DNA from: Escherichia phage kvi
Length of the DNA: 64,000 bases
Sequence record: MN850615.1
Reading direction: 5' to 3' (one strand)
Shown: positions 8,556 to 17,674 of the stretch, piece by piece
Layout of the letters: every line of letters begins with the position of its first letter
Numbering within the stretch: position 1 is the first letter of the stretch
The notes under the pieces: model-generated
Told to the model about the DNA's origin: nothing
Seen by the model: only the letters and a program-made list of their open reading frames with translations
The model's database searches: none
Translations under genes and position numbers: made by a program

Positions 8556-9115
8556 CTAAAATTTAAAGATGCAAACTCCCCGTGATGAATTTTTGCATAT
8601 TCATCATATGCTCTAGCGGCTTCCTCCTGAGTAGCAAACGATCCTATGTATTTTCTGTATCCGTTTATCCTTATTTGTGCTTGCCACGGTCTTTTGCTAG
8701 ATCCTTTGCGATGAGTAACACCATTATATATGCTCGTGCACCCGTCAATTTTCTTTTTATTGTACATGTTTTGTTGTTGTGTTGCCTCCCGTAAATTTGG
8801 TGGATTGTTGTTTTCTGGATTCCCGTCTATGTGGTCTATTACCTTAACCTGTGTTCCATATTCAAGAAACCAGACAATTCTATGTACAAGATATGTAGAT
8901 GTTCTCTTTTTAACCTTATTGTAAACATCTATTGCCAAATGACCGTAATTTAACTTTTTTGTTTTTACTTTATCACCGACTCGGTAGAAATATCCCTCTG
9001 GTAGACCATTAAAAGACGGACTATTTGTTTTGTGATATAGAACACCTTCCGTGTGTTCAAATCTGCGTTTTAATTCCTCTTGAATTTCAGTATTCCAAAA
9101 TTTCGCACTTTTCAT
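8552..9115 (-). CDS. free-standing HNH endonuclease with C-terminal AP2-like DNA-binding domain (homing-endonuclease-like)
   Basis: HNH-type motif ..HRIVWFLEYG..IDHIDGNPENNNPPNLR..; AP2-like ..RPWQAQIRINGYRKYIGSFATQEEAARAYD..; start overlaps topoisomerase stop (TAATATG). Confidence 0.75.
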   Translation of the reverse strand: MKSAKFWNTEIQEELKRRFEHTEGVLYHKTNSPSFNGLPEGYFYRVGDKVKTKKLNYGHLAIDVYNKVKKRTSTYLVHRIVWFLEYGTQVKVIDHIDGNPENNNPPNLREATQQQNMYNKKKIDGCTSIYNGVTHRKGSSKRPWQAQIRINGYRKYIGSFATQEEAARAYDEYAKIHHGEFASLNFS

Positions 9116-9116
9116 A

Positions 9117-10940
9117 TTATGACGCCATCCATGCCTTCCTCATGTCTGAATCTTCACTATAGAGCAAATCGAATAGCTCTTTATAGTTTTCCGGTAACGT
9201 GATGATCTCCATGACAGGATCGTTGATCACGCGATGATAGTCTGATTCTGTGAGCGATGCTAAACCTTTGATATATCGAATGTTGTAACCTTTGATATTA
9301 TCTCGGTCGGTCTCAAAATCTTCTAGGTCATAATACCATCGAACATCATCACCTTTCTTTGGTTCCGCAATGATAATAGGTGTTTTGATAAACCGGATTC
9401 GTCCATCTTCGAACAATTCAGGCCAACGAGCAAAGAAAGAGATCAGACTAGGTTTAATAGACCCGATCCCGTCAGTATCAGCGTCTGTCATAATCGCAAT
9501 ATTTTTGTATTGCATAACTTCCAATGCATCAACACCAAATTGCAAGCCAGTGATCGCCATGATGTTAAAAATTTCGGCGTTCTTAACGATCTTTGCCTCC
9601 GGTTGTTCCCACGTTGTAAGAGTTTTGCCTCGCAACGGGAAACCTCCATGTAAATCTGGATCACGTACAGAGACCAGATAGTTGATCGCGGAATCACCTT
9701 CCGTCAAAAACAGGGTAGTTTCTGCGTCAGTTCCAATAAGGTTAGCTTTAACGTGTTTTGCTACCTTAGCCCGTTTCGCTGCTTTTGCTACCTTAGTCGC
9801 TGCCGCTTTATCTGCTGCCTCTTTGCGTGCCAGGACTACAGCAATAATAGGCATGATAATGTTTTCTTTCTTCGCAATGACTTTAGCCAGCTTTTTAAAA
9901 TCAAGATCAATATGACGCTTGATATCACCAGTTGGATTAGTCAATCGTTCTTTTGTCTGTGAATCAAAACGAAGGTTAGGCAATTCACGAACAATAAGAA
10001 TACAGGTCAATCCAGACTTAACCGCAGCTTTAGTAACATCAACCTTATGTTCTTTCTTGATTCGTTTTACAATCTCTTCACAAAGATCATCTGTCACGTA
10101 GTCTACGTGTGTTCCCCCGTTTTTGGTAAACAGACCATTAGCAAAGGATACTGATTTAAAACCTTCTCCCTCGACCGCAGGAACTAGGGCAAGTGAAAAG
10201 TTTTTATCTTCAATGACAAACGGATCATCATTGTATAGTTTAGCATAATCCTTGAACTTACTAACAATACGTTTACCATTAAACTTAAACGTGATCTTAG
10301 GAAAGATTACGCTCAATGATTGCAGACGATCATGAACAATATCTAAAACAGAGTTGTCCATCATATAACCTTCGAAGTGGTCGAAGTCTGGGCAAAATGT
10401 AACCTTTGTTCCCTTCAATTTTGATGGTTTCGATGACCATGTGATATTTTCAGCACCGTTTGTACATTGAACGGTCATTTCTGTTTCTCCGTCACAGGTC
10501 ACACCAGTAAACCAATCGCTAAAGAAATTTGACAACGACGACCCCACACCGTTCATCCCTTGCGTTAATCGATTGGTATCATCAAAGTTAGACCCTGCTT
10601 TTGTTCGTGTCCATGCGGCTACAGGTTGCGGAATCTGCGTGCCCTCTGGAGTAGTAACCATATGTTGAGGAATACCGCGACCATTGTCTGTTACCGTAAC
10701 AATATTGTTTTGGATATCGACGCTAATCACATTGGCAAATTCAAAATTAGTGCGAATCGCCTCGTCTACAGAGTTGTCGATGATCTCATCAATGATTTTA
10801 ACCAGTCCTGGAACATATGAAATTTTTGTCCATTTACCGAACAGGAAACGTTGGTGTTCTTCGTAAGTTGTTGATCCTATATACATTCCTGCACGCTTAA
10901 GGACATGTTCACGATCAGATAAAATGCGAAACTCACTCAT
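9117..10940 (-). CDS. 39: DNA topoisomerase II large subunit (GyrB-like ATPase and TOPRIM; T4 gp39 and gp60 equivalents fused)
   Basis: 607 aa; N-terminus ..ILSDREHVLKRAGMYIGS.. is the GyrB signature; single uninterrupted ORF. Confidence 0.9.
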   Translation of the reverse strand: MSEFRILSDREHVLKRAGMYIGSTTYEEHQRFLFGKWTKISYVPGLVKIIDEIIDNSVDEAIRTNFEFANVISVDIQNNIVTVTDNGRGIPQHMVTTPEGTQIPQPVAAWTRTKAGSNFDDTNRLTQGMNGVGSSLSNFFSDWFTGVTCDGETEMTVQCTNGAENITWSSKPSKLKGTKVTFCPDFDHFEGYMMDNSVLDIVHDRLQSLSVIFPKITFKFNGKRIVSKFKDYAKLYNDDPFVIEDKNFSLALVPAVEGEGFKSVSFANGLFTKNGGTHVDYVTDDLCEEIVKRIKKEHKVDVTKAAVKSGLTCILIVRELPNLRFDSQTKERLTNPTGDIKRHIDLDFKKLAKVIAKKENIIMPIIAVVLARKEAADKAAATKVAKAAKRAKVAKHVKANLIGTDAETTLFLTEGDSAINYLVSVRDPDLHGGFPLRGKTLTTWEQPEAKIVKNAEIFNIMAITGLQFGVDALEVMQYKNIAIMTDADTDGIGSIKPSLISFFARWPELFEDGRIRFIKTPIIIAEPKKGDDVRWYYDLEDFETDRDNIKGYNIRYIKGLASLTESDYHRVINDPVMEIITLPENYKELFDLLYSEDSDMRKAWMAS

Positions 10941-11039
10941 TATTAAACCTCTTCATAACATAACCATAACTTACTGCAACCGCCACAAAGACGGCTGCAA
11001 CAATCATATTAAAAATTGAGTGATTGTCAAGTATATGAC

Positions 11040-11213
11040 TCATGACACGCGCACATTTTTATCGTAATACCCGCCATTAATCCCGCGCGGGGCAGTTAAT
11101 CCCTGTTTACATTCTTTACCGCATTCAGGGCATTCTGCCTTTTCACGCTCGGAAATTTTGCGGATTTTCTGAAATTGACCGTGTTCTTCACAAGAATAAT
11201 CGTATAATGGCAT
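11040..11213 (-). CDS. small zinc-ribbon protein (CxxH..CPECGKEC)
   Basis: track ORF 11040..11294 trimmed to ATG 11213, just after dexA stop (TAATATG). Confidence 0.5.
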   Translation of the reverse strand: MPLYDYSCEEHGQFQKIRKISEREKAECPECGKECKQGLTAPRGINGGYYDKNVRVS

Positions 11214-11214
11214 A

Positions 11215-11883
11215 TTATCCCCTTTGTTTCTTAACTGAATTTGGATCTGGATTTTCTGGTAGGTCTTCCAGACCCATAGCATAACGTTGTGCATAGATTA
11301 GCATAAGAATATCGCGAGCGCAATCATGAATTGCATCATGTGCGATAAAACCATCTAGCGTACCCATTGGTAACGGACACTCACACATCCCGCGATGCAT
11401 CAATGTACGCTCAATGGCGGTGCGAACATCTCGGATGTTCCAGAATCGCACAGGTTCAAGATTGAACGTCTCTCGTGTATTGTGTGCATCGCGGATCATA
11501 TCAACTAGTAACGGAATATCAAACGCATTACCGCGTGACCACAATACGGATTTAACCGGATCTACCCCTACGGCTTCACAGAATGCGTTAAAACGCGCTA
11601 AACCTTCTTTAGTTGATACTTCCGTACCATTTGTGATTAATTGCTTTCTCATGCCTTCTGAGGCGGTATTCTTCCACCATTCAACCACACCATGATCAAA
11701 CACCCTTACACCTTTCTGGGAAGGAATATCAAATTTTACCAGAAAGGAATTGTCAACCAGTTCTTTAAATGTAGGTGGGTTGTGCGGATCTTCTTTAAAT
11801 CCGATTGCCGCCATATTGATAACCGCCCCATCAGGCGGATAACCTAAACTTTCAAAGTCAATCATTAAATCCACTGGAAGCAT
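11215..11883 (-). CDS. dexA: exonuclease A (DnaQ-like 3'-5' exonuclease)
   Basis: track ORF trimmed to MLPVDLMIDFES.. (222 aa); exo motifs D-x-E and ..HDAIHDC..; recalls T4 DexA; position between dda and topoisomerase gene. Confidence 0.8.
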   Translation of the reverse strand: MLPVDLMIDFESLGYPPDGAVINMAAIGFKEDPHNPPTFKELVDNSFLVKFDIPSQKGVRVFDHGVVEWWKNTASEGMRKQLITNGTEVSTKEGLARFNAFCEAVGVDPVKSVLWSRGNAFDIPLLVDMIRDAHNTRETFNLEPVRFWNIRDVRTAIERTLMHRGMCECPLPMGTLDGFIAHDAIHDCARDILMLIYAQRYAMGLEDLPENPDPNSVKKQRG

Positions 11884-11884
11884 T

Positions 11885-12127
11885 TTAAATATCCTCCGCG
11901 ATATGCCGGAACAACTCCAGATCGTTTTTATCCAGAATGAAACCGCTACAATCAATAATCCCGTTACCGTAATTATCGGTTAACAGTCGTTCCGTTGCCA
12001 TGTATGCGCGTACTTTGTTGTTAAAATTCATTACATGTTGTGCATAGTCACAATGAATCTTTTGACGGTTCCACGCGACAATTGATTGTAGATGTATTAC
12101 ATTAGCCACATTATTAATAACAACCAT
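11885..12127 (-). CDS. hypothetical protein (80 aa, MVVINNVANV...)
   Basis: track ORF 11885..12190 trimmed to ATG at 12127, which overlaps the upstream small ORF stop (TGATATG). Confidence 0.45.
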   Translation of the reverse strand: MVVINNVANVIHLQSIVAWNRQKIHCDYAQHVMNFNNKVRAYMATERLLTDNYGNGIIDCSGFILDKNDLELFRHIAEDI

Positions 12128-12360
12128 ATCAAAACCCTCGCTTAGTGGAATGTTCTGACATTTTATTGATACATACAGCTTGGTAGTCACGAGATTTTTT
12201 TGACGAATTAAGAGCTACGGCCAAAAAATCCTGTAACTGTTCGTTTGTCATTGTTGGCTTACACCGCGTATCTAAACTCTTCTTTCTTCTAGCTTCATTA
12301 GCCATATCAAAACCCTCGCTTAGTGAAATATTCGATCATTTTATTGATACATTCAGCTTC
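12124..12360. repeat. two copies of a ~57-bp direct repeat (12124..12183 and 12302..12360, roughly 85-90% identical)
   Basis: read directly: ccatatcaaaaccctcgcttagtg..attttattgatacat.cagctt in both copies. Confidence 0.8.
12129..12305 (-). CDS. small ORF (58 aa) ending ..CINKMSEHSTKRGF
   Basis: hand-translated; not in track; C-terminal 20 codons are a diverged copy of the next ORF's 3' end. Confidence 0.35.
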   Translation of the reverse strand: MANEARRKKSLDTRCKPTMTNEQLQDFLAVALNSSKKSRDYQAVCINKMSEHSTKRGF

Positions 12361-12468
12361 ACTGTCGCCGGATACGTTCCATCCATAATGACCCCAACTA
12401 AAACACATGGTAACAGTTCCATTGTGACGGCGTACCGTCACTTCGTCAAATTCGGGGATACTTCGCAT
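12307..12468 (-). CDS. small ORF (53 aa) ending ..CINKMIEYFTKRGF
   Basis: hand-translated from ATG 12468; not in track. Confidence 0.35.
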   Translation of the reverse strand: MRSIPEFDEVTVRRHNGTVTMCFSWGHYGWNVSGDSEAECINKMIEYFTKRGF

Positions 12469-12484
12469 AATCATAATAATTTCC

Positions 12485-13876
12485 TCAAATATAGTCTACT
12501 CGATACCTCGCACGGGTAACACCAACATATAATAACTGCATTGCCAATTCAAAGTCAACATTATCTGTACACATGCAAGGGGTATACAGGAACACGCGGT
12601 CTACGCTGATTCCTTGTGACTTATGAATAGTGCAAGCTGGTAATGCTTTTACATTCAAGAACATACGCTTCATCGTCCAGAAAGAATCCCAATCCGGTTT
12701 AAAATTCGGATTCTCTTTCTTCATTTCGCGATATTGTCCGGCGACCGTATTCAGATAGATAGAGAAAATGTTCTTCTGACGTTGTTCTGTCAGAATGTTG
12801 ATTTCTACTAAATCTGGTTTATCTGTAGTTATTCCGACTGCATCTAAACCGACTTTCTGATTTAGGATTTCTTTGTCTTCGTCATCATCGACGCTTTCCA
12901 CTTTCAGAGTATATCCTAAAACTGGTTGCGGATCTACCCCCGTGCAACGTAATGTAAATTCGCGCGGTATAACCTCTTTAACTCGGATCATCTCACCATT
13001 GTTAAAAATAACATTGGGGATCTTCTTCCCGCGTTCATCTCGCAGATATTCGATCAATGGTTCCTGAGTAACCAGAATTTCATCTACAATCACTGGTTCA
13101 TCGGTGTTATAAACGCGCTTACGTACAATTTCATTGAGTTTTTCGACGCTCTTGTTAGTGTAAGCCAGAATACGGTTTTCTAGAAGGTCTTCCGGCGTTT
13201 TAACGGTTTCGAAATAATGCTTCATAAACTCCGGCAGAGTTGAGCTATGGAATACACCCTCGTTACCGCACTGCTTTTCGAATACCCATTTACCATTACG
13301 GACAGCGGTCGCCACATCAATTATTGGCGCATTAGATCGTTTAATCTCTGTAAGTTCTACATTCTGAAACCTTTCATCGGTGAAGAAAGGAGAGATCGAC
13401 GTTGCGCCGCTCGGATCAACTGGTCGTAACTGGTACAGATCACCCACGGCAATAATAACAATTCGACCGTTGATACTCTTCATGAGAATATCAAATAGTT
13501 TCTTATCGACCATACTCGCTTCATCAACAATGATGATCTGAACATCATCTAGCTTAGGAGTATCTTTTTGCTCAAATACTTGAGTATCTTCATAGTTGGT
13601 CGGGTTTAGTCGCAGTAGTGCATGTAAAGTAAATGCTTGACGACCTACCGCTTTACTCAAAACTTTTTTAGCCTGGTGGGTAGGCGTTGCCAAAACCACA
13701 CCAGTTACACCACGGCGGACCATTTCCTGAACAATGAATTTCATCATTGCGGTTTTACCAGTACCCGCCGCACCACGGACAGTTGTATGCTTCTTTTGTT
13801 CAATGCGTTTCATTAGAACATCAAAAGCATGTTTTTGCCCGTCTGTTAACATATCGAAAGTTAATACTCTGCTCAT
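12485..13876 (-). CDS. dda: Dda-type SF1 DNA helicase
   Basis: Walker A GAAGTGKT, helicase motifs, C-terminus ..LYVGVTRARYRV..; recalls T4 Dda. Confidence 0.9.
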   Translation of the reverse strand: MSRVLTFDMLTDGQKHAFDVLMKRIEQKKHTTVRGAAGTGKTAMMKFIVQEMVRRGVTGVVLATPTHQAKKVLSKAVGRQAFTLHALLRLNPTNYEDTQVFEQKDTPKLDDVQIIIVDEASMVDKKLFDILMKSINGRIVIIAVGDLYQLRPVDPSGATSISPFFTDERFQNVELTEIKRSNAPIIDVATAVRNGKWVFEKQCGNEGVFHSSTLPEFMKHYFETVKTPEDLLENRILAYTNKSVEKLNEIVRKRVYNTDEPVIVDEILVTQEPLIEYLRDERGKKIPNVIFNNGEMIRVKEVIPREFTLRCTGVDPQPVLGYTLKVESVDDDEDKEILNQKVGLDAVGITTDKPDLVEINILTEQRQKNIFSIYLNTVAGQYREMKKENPNFKPDWDSFWTMKRMFLNVKALPACTIHKSQGISVDRVFLYTPCMCTDNVDFELAMQLLYVGVTRARYRVDYI

Positions 13877-14190
13877 TATCCTAAAATCCTCACCTTGCGA
13901 ACACAGATAGTATTGAGTTCTCGCCGTACCCGTTCTTTTTCATATTCAGGAATTTTATATTCGATACCATCCCGAACAATTTCAGAAGACCGGATTATGC
14001 CAAATTTTCGTTTAGGTACAACCTTGTATTTCGGTTCACCCGCCAATAGACTCTCACAATAATCTATCTGATCACACATTGACGCTAACGCAGCATCATG
14101 TGTTTCGCAAGTTAGGACGCGACCTTTCGCGTCCACTGAGTATTGAAAGAATCCGTCTTTATCACGATAACATACAGCAAATACATGCAT
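13876..14190 (-). CDS. hypothetical protein (104 aa)
   Basis: track ORF. Confidence 0.5.
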   Translation of the reverse strand: MHVFAVCYRDKDGFFQYSVDAKGRVLTCETHDAALASMCDQIDYCESLLAGEPKYKVVPKRKFGIIRSSEIVRDGIEYKIPEYEKERVRRELNTICVRKVRILG

Positions 14191-14945
14191 TATAAACCTA
14201 CCTTCGCTTTCATCAATTCAATCCACGACGCATCAATCGGAAGCCCGTATTTCACGCGTTCTTTTTGTGCTGGCGTTAAGTTCTCATACTTAGAAAGAGA
14301 TTCAATCAAAACGCTGGTATATTTTAGCACGATTTCGGTATTGTTTGCAATAGCCTTAAGTTTTTCTTCTTTCTTGTTGATTTCGCTAAGGGCTTGCTTG
14401 AGATCTGCAATTTTCTGATAACGTTCTTCCATACGGAAGAGAGTATTTTTAATCGCTCGCTCGGCTGCCTCTGCTTTCTCCGGTTCGTTGTGCTTTTTGT
14501 GGCGCTCGATTGCTAATTTCTTTTCTTCGATTGCCATTTCCTGATTTTTGATGCGATTCTCGTTAAGTTCGATCCACTCGATGTACTTCGCACGTAGGGC
14601 AATTTCATCATCAGAAAGTTTACCGTTAGTTCCTAGTTCCTGGATCTCTTTAAGAGATTCGATAGTGTGATTGCCACGGAAAGAATTGTATTTCAGTTTA
14701 ACCGGAATTACATTGCCATCAACATATCCCAGATTGCAATCAATGCGCTCTAAGGAGAGTCCGTCATCACCTTCACCGAAAGCCTCACCTGAATAGGCAC
14801 AATGAGTCTGGCGGTAAATGTTACGAACAGTGACTAAGCTCATAGAGAAGTCTTTGTTGCGACGTGAAGCACCAGCCATGATAGAGTTCAGCCGGAAAAC
14901 AACCAACGCCAATTCTTCGTTAGATTTAAAAGCAAACAGTTTCAT
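14190..14945 (-). CDS. hypothetical protein with long C-terminal coiled-coil-like region (251 aa)
   Basis: track ORF; K/E-rich heptad-like C-terminal half. Confidence 0.5.
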   Translation of the reverse strand: MKLFAFKSNEELALVVFRLNSIMAGASRRNKDFSMSLVTVRNIYRQTHCAYSGEAFGEGDDGLSLERIDCNLGYVDGNVIPVKLKYNSFRGNHTIESLKEIQELGTNGKLSDDEIALRAKYIEWIELNENRIKNQEMAIEEKKLAIERHKKHNEPEKAEAAERAIKNTLFRMEERYQKIADLKQALSEINKKEEKLKAIANNTEIVLKYTSVLIESLSKYENLTPAQKERVKYGLPIDASWIELMKAKVGL

Positions 14946-15006
14946 AATTGATTCTCCTTAGTTGGCATGTGTGTATTATTGTCTATCTGGTTTGTGCTGT
15001 CAACAC

Positions 15007-15510
15007 TTAAATTAAAGAAAATTTGTAAATCTCTATCAGATCGCCGTTACACGCGTAAACTTCCTCGATCTCATCAAGGATCATGGTCGTCCCTGTCTTG
15101 TATATGCACTCGCGCTCATCTGCCAACATAGCATACAAAGACAGTCGAGTAGTCGGATTGTCATACTCTTTAGACACCACTCGGTCAATAGCATGTTCGT
15201 AATAATTCATGCAAGGCTTGGTAGGTTTTATTGCAATAATCTTTCCTGTTGCATAAACATCGGTCGCAAAGTCCTCTGCTGTTGATTGCAGTGGCGTAAA
15301 GCTCATAGGACGCTCTACAACGAAAGAATCGCCTACAATTAAGGTATCCAGCTTACGACCTTCTCTTTTGCTCACACCGCGATACAAGGCTTCATGATGC
15401 ACTAACCGCTCAGTCTTTTCGATCAATCCATTAAGGATCGACATATCGATATTTTCTTTAGAGTTCATCACTTCATCAATGATGTTAAGTTCTTCTGGTG
15501 TAAATTGCAT
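15007..15510 (-). CDS. putative mono-ADP-ribosyltransferase (ModA/ModB-like)
   Basis: ART-like triad Y-R-G.., ..S-T-A.., ..E-R-E.. with typical spacing; sits between dda and gene 56 where T4 has modA/modB. Confidence 0.5.
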   Translation of the reverse strand: MQFTPEELNIIDEVMNSKENIDMSILNGLIEKTERLVHHEALYRGVSKREGRKLDTLIVGDSFVVERPMSFTPLQSTAEDFATDVYATGKIIAIKPTKPCMNYYEHAIDRVVSKEYDNPTTRLSLYAMLADERECIYKTGTTMILDEIEEVYACNGDLIEIYKFSLI

Positions 15511-15543
15511 AATAAAAAAGCCTCCAATCTTTCGACGGGAGGC
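15511..15543 (-). terminator. rho-independent terminator between the -10 of promoter 15544..15572 and the start codon at 15510
   Basis: stem gcctcc/ggaggc (15520..15543) followed on minus by T6. Confidence 0.5.
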
Positions 15544-15572
15544 ATAATAAAACCATTATAGAGTAGTGTCAA
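15544..15572 (-). promoter_or_regulatory. sigma70-type promoter (TTGACA-N17-TATTAT)
   Basis: rc of 15567..15572 TTGACA; rc of 15544..15549 TATTAT. Confidence 0.5.
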
Positions 15573-15579
15573 CTAATTT

Positions 15580-16104
15580 TTAGTAGCCTCGTTCTTGACG
15601 GGCGAAGTTTTCAGCATTTTTCAGATAGTACAGAATAAAGAGTTCTTGAGCGTCAATACCCAGCGGGATCATCTTTGACAGAATGAAGTGGATAGCGTCC
15701 ACAAATTCAAATTTCACTTCAAGCTGATCTTCCGGTGACAGTTCAGAGAATTTACGCGCTCGCGCTTCCCCGTGGTTCTTTTTCCACATTTTCCAGATTG
15801 CACTTGCATCTTTACCATTGGACATTCCACCCAGCGATGTGTAAAGCTCTCGTGTTTCGTCTGCGATAGCGTCATCCATCCGCTGCATCCAATCCAGCAT
15901 TTCACCGCAAGTCTCTAGCTTAGTTGGATTTGGGACCCAATCAAATTTTTCGGATAGTGCAACCTGCAAACCAGTTTGCATTTCGAGCATCACCTGAAAC
16001 GGATCTTTACCTTCTGCAATCGCGTGATGATATGCGGCGATAGCCGCGTTAATATCTTTTTCGTTAACCAGACCAGCACAAGAATTAAATTCTGACATAT
16101 TCAC
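15580..16104 (-). CDS. 56: dCTP pyrophosphatase-like protein (MazG-type, T4 gp56-like)
   Basis: 174 aa; C-terminal ..LYYLKNAENFARQ.. and overall pattern recall T4 gp56; adjacent to primase. Confidence 0.6.
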   Translation of the reverse strand: MNMSEFNSCAGLVNEKDINAAIAAYHHAIAEGKDPFQVMLEMQTGLQVALSEKFDWVPNPTKLETCGEMLDWMQRMDDAIADETRELYTSLGGMSNGKDASAIWKMWKKNHGEARARKFSELSPEDQLEVKFEFVDAIHFILSKMIPLGIDAQELFILYYLKNAENFARQERGY

Positions 16105-16112
16105 CTCATTAA

Positions 16113-17141
16113 TTAAAATTTACAATATTTCATAAACCGCATTTTAGCCATCAGACCTTGTACGGTGTTCTCTTTGATATATTCCATGATCTGGTCGCGT
16201 GTAGCGCCCTCGTCCTGAATCATGGCGTTAACGTCTTTAGAATGCCACGGGCAACGGTCCCACAAAACAATCTTTTCCCCTGCATTGATAAACTTTTCCA
16301 GTCGGTGCATTGTATCGGCAGACCGTGGTTCCGCATCAAGTACAAACACTCGCTGATCAGGGAAAGGAATTTCATCTAATCCCAAAGTACCGCCAGTAAT
16401 TGCACACCCGTTATCAATAAACAATGAATCGATCGGACCTTCTAAGAAATACACTGGTTTACTCGGATCGGCGCGTTCAAGACCATAGACCTTACTCGCT
16501 AACTCATGAGTTTTAATCGTCATATATTTGGTCTTTCCGTAATCCTTTCTCAATGCTCGCCCCTGAATGGATTCTATCTTGTTCTCGCGGTTAAAGATAG
16601 GAATCACTAAACGCGGTTCAGGTTGTGGATTCTTGAAAGTATCAGCCTTAATGTGATTTGCTACCTTTTGCCATTCTCTCGTGAAATACAGAAGATCCCA
16701 TTTATCGTGAGGAATACAGCGATCACTGACATACTTTATTATAGGATGATTAGCCGGAAGAGTATCTAATCTCTCGCAGAAAGGCAATGTTTGCACTTTC
16801 TTAATCTCCGGCTTTTCTACCTTTTTCAGTGGCTTGAACGTGGTGTTCTTGTGGTCGCCTTGTTCCTTCCGTCGTTCTATAAGCCATTCCCTGAATAGGT
16901 CCGGCTTATACTGTTTGAGAAATTCACCTAACGGCTGATTGTAGTTACAGTTGAAACAGCCGCAACGCAAACTATCCTTATAGGTATAGATACGGAATCG
17001 CGCTTGAGTATGATTTTTCTTTGAGTCACCGCAGATCGGACAACTACAGACCAGCGTAAATGAGCTAGTATGCAACCGTTTAAAATTTCGTTCGCCGTAT
17101 ATGGCTTTTTCCGCTATTTCATAATCTGCGTAGTAAATCAT
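16113..17141 (-). CDS. 61: DNA primase
   Basis: 342 aa; N-terminal zinc-binding CPICGDSKKNHTQARF; TOPRIM-like core; position next to gene 41. Confidence 0.85.
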   Translation of the reverse strand: MIYYADYEIAEKAIYGERNFKRLHTSSFTLVCSCPICGDSKKNHTQARFRIYTYKDSLRCGCFNCNYNQPLGEFLKQYKPDLFREWLIERRKEQGDHKNTTFKPLKKVEKPEIKKVQTLPFCERLDTLPANHPIIKYVSDRCIPHDKWDLLYFTREWQKVANHIKADTFKNPQPEPRLVIPIFNRENKIESIQGRALRKDYGKTKYMTIKTHELASKVYGLERADPSKPVYFLEGPIDSLFIDNGCAITGGTLGLDEIPFPDQRVFVLDAEPRSADTMHRLEKFINAGEKIVLWDRCPWHSKDVNAMIQDEGATRDQIMEYIKENTVQGLMAKMRFMKYCKF

Positions 17142-17150
17142 ATTAACCTC

Positions 17151-17354
17151 TTATAGCTCAAATTTCATGAAAGTTCCCACACTTTCATTTTCATTCTCTC
17201 CGTTCTCATCTAAGCCAAATTTGTAGACACTACCATCTGGCGATGTGTAAGAGAATACACGAAAACGGCCTACCGAATCAAGTTCTGTAAATTCATATTC
17301 TTTTCCGGCTTCAAAAAGTGCATATGTGCTTTTAAGACATTTCATCGTAATCAT
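17151..17354 (-). CDS. hypothetical protein (67 aa)
   Basis: track ORF. Confidence 0.45.
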   Translation of the reverse strand: MITMKCLKSTYALFEAGKEYEFTELDSVGRFRVFSYTSPDGSVYKFGLDENGENENESVGTFMKFEL

Positions 17355-17674
17355 TTAAGCGCCACCGACAACAGAATGAGAACTACACCAACATACATTG
17401 TGATCTCGGATAACTTTTCTGTTTTTGTTTTGTGTCCAGATAATCCGAAAACAACAACACCGACAATAGCGGACAGCAAGCCAACGATAAACATGATGAT
17501 ACTAAGCACCGTCTTTCTCCTTTTTGCGTTTTTCTTTACCCGCTACACTAGGTCCACGATTGGTAATAGATCCGCTCGTTTCCCCTGCTGCGATCTTCTC
17601 AGGATTGCCGCCAGCATCGCCAGCGGTCATATCTTCTTTGAGTTTATTTTCTTCAACAAACTGTTTAAATCCAA

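Noticed and set aside
11002-11030. Promoter-like TTGACA upstream of the topoisomerase gene
   Set aside because: No -10 hexamer at 16-18 bp spacing (best TAATAT is at 13 bp); not listed as a promoter
14190-14945. Possible HNH or His-Me nuclease motif in the 251-aa protein (..LSLERIDCNLGYVDGNV..)
   Set aside because: Only a loose resemblance; no paired His/Asn pattern could be aligned; kept as hypothetical
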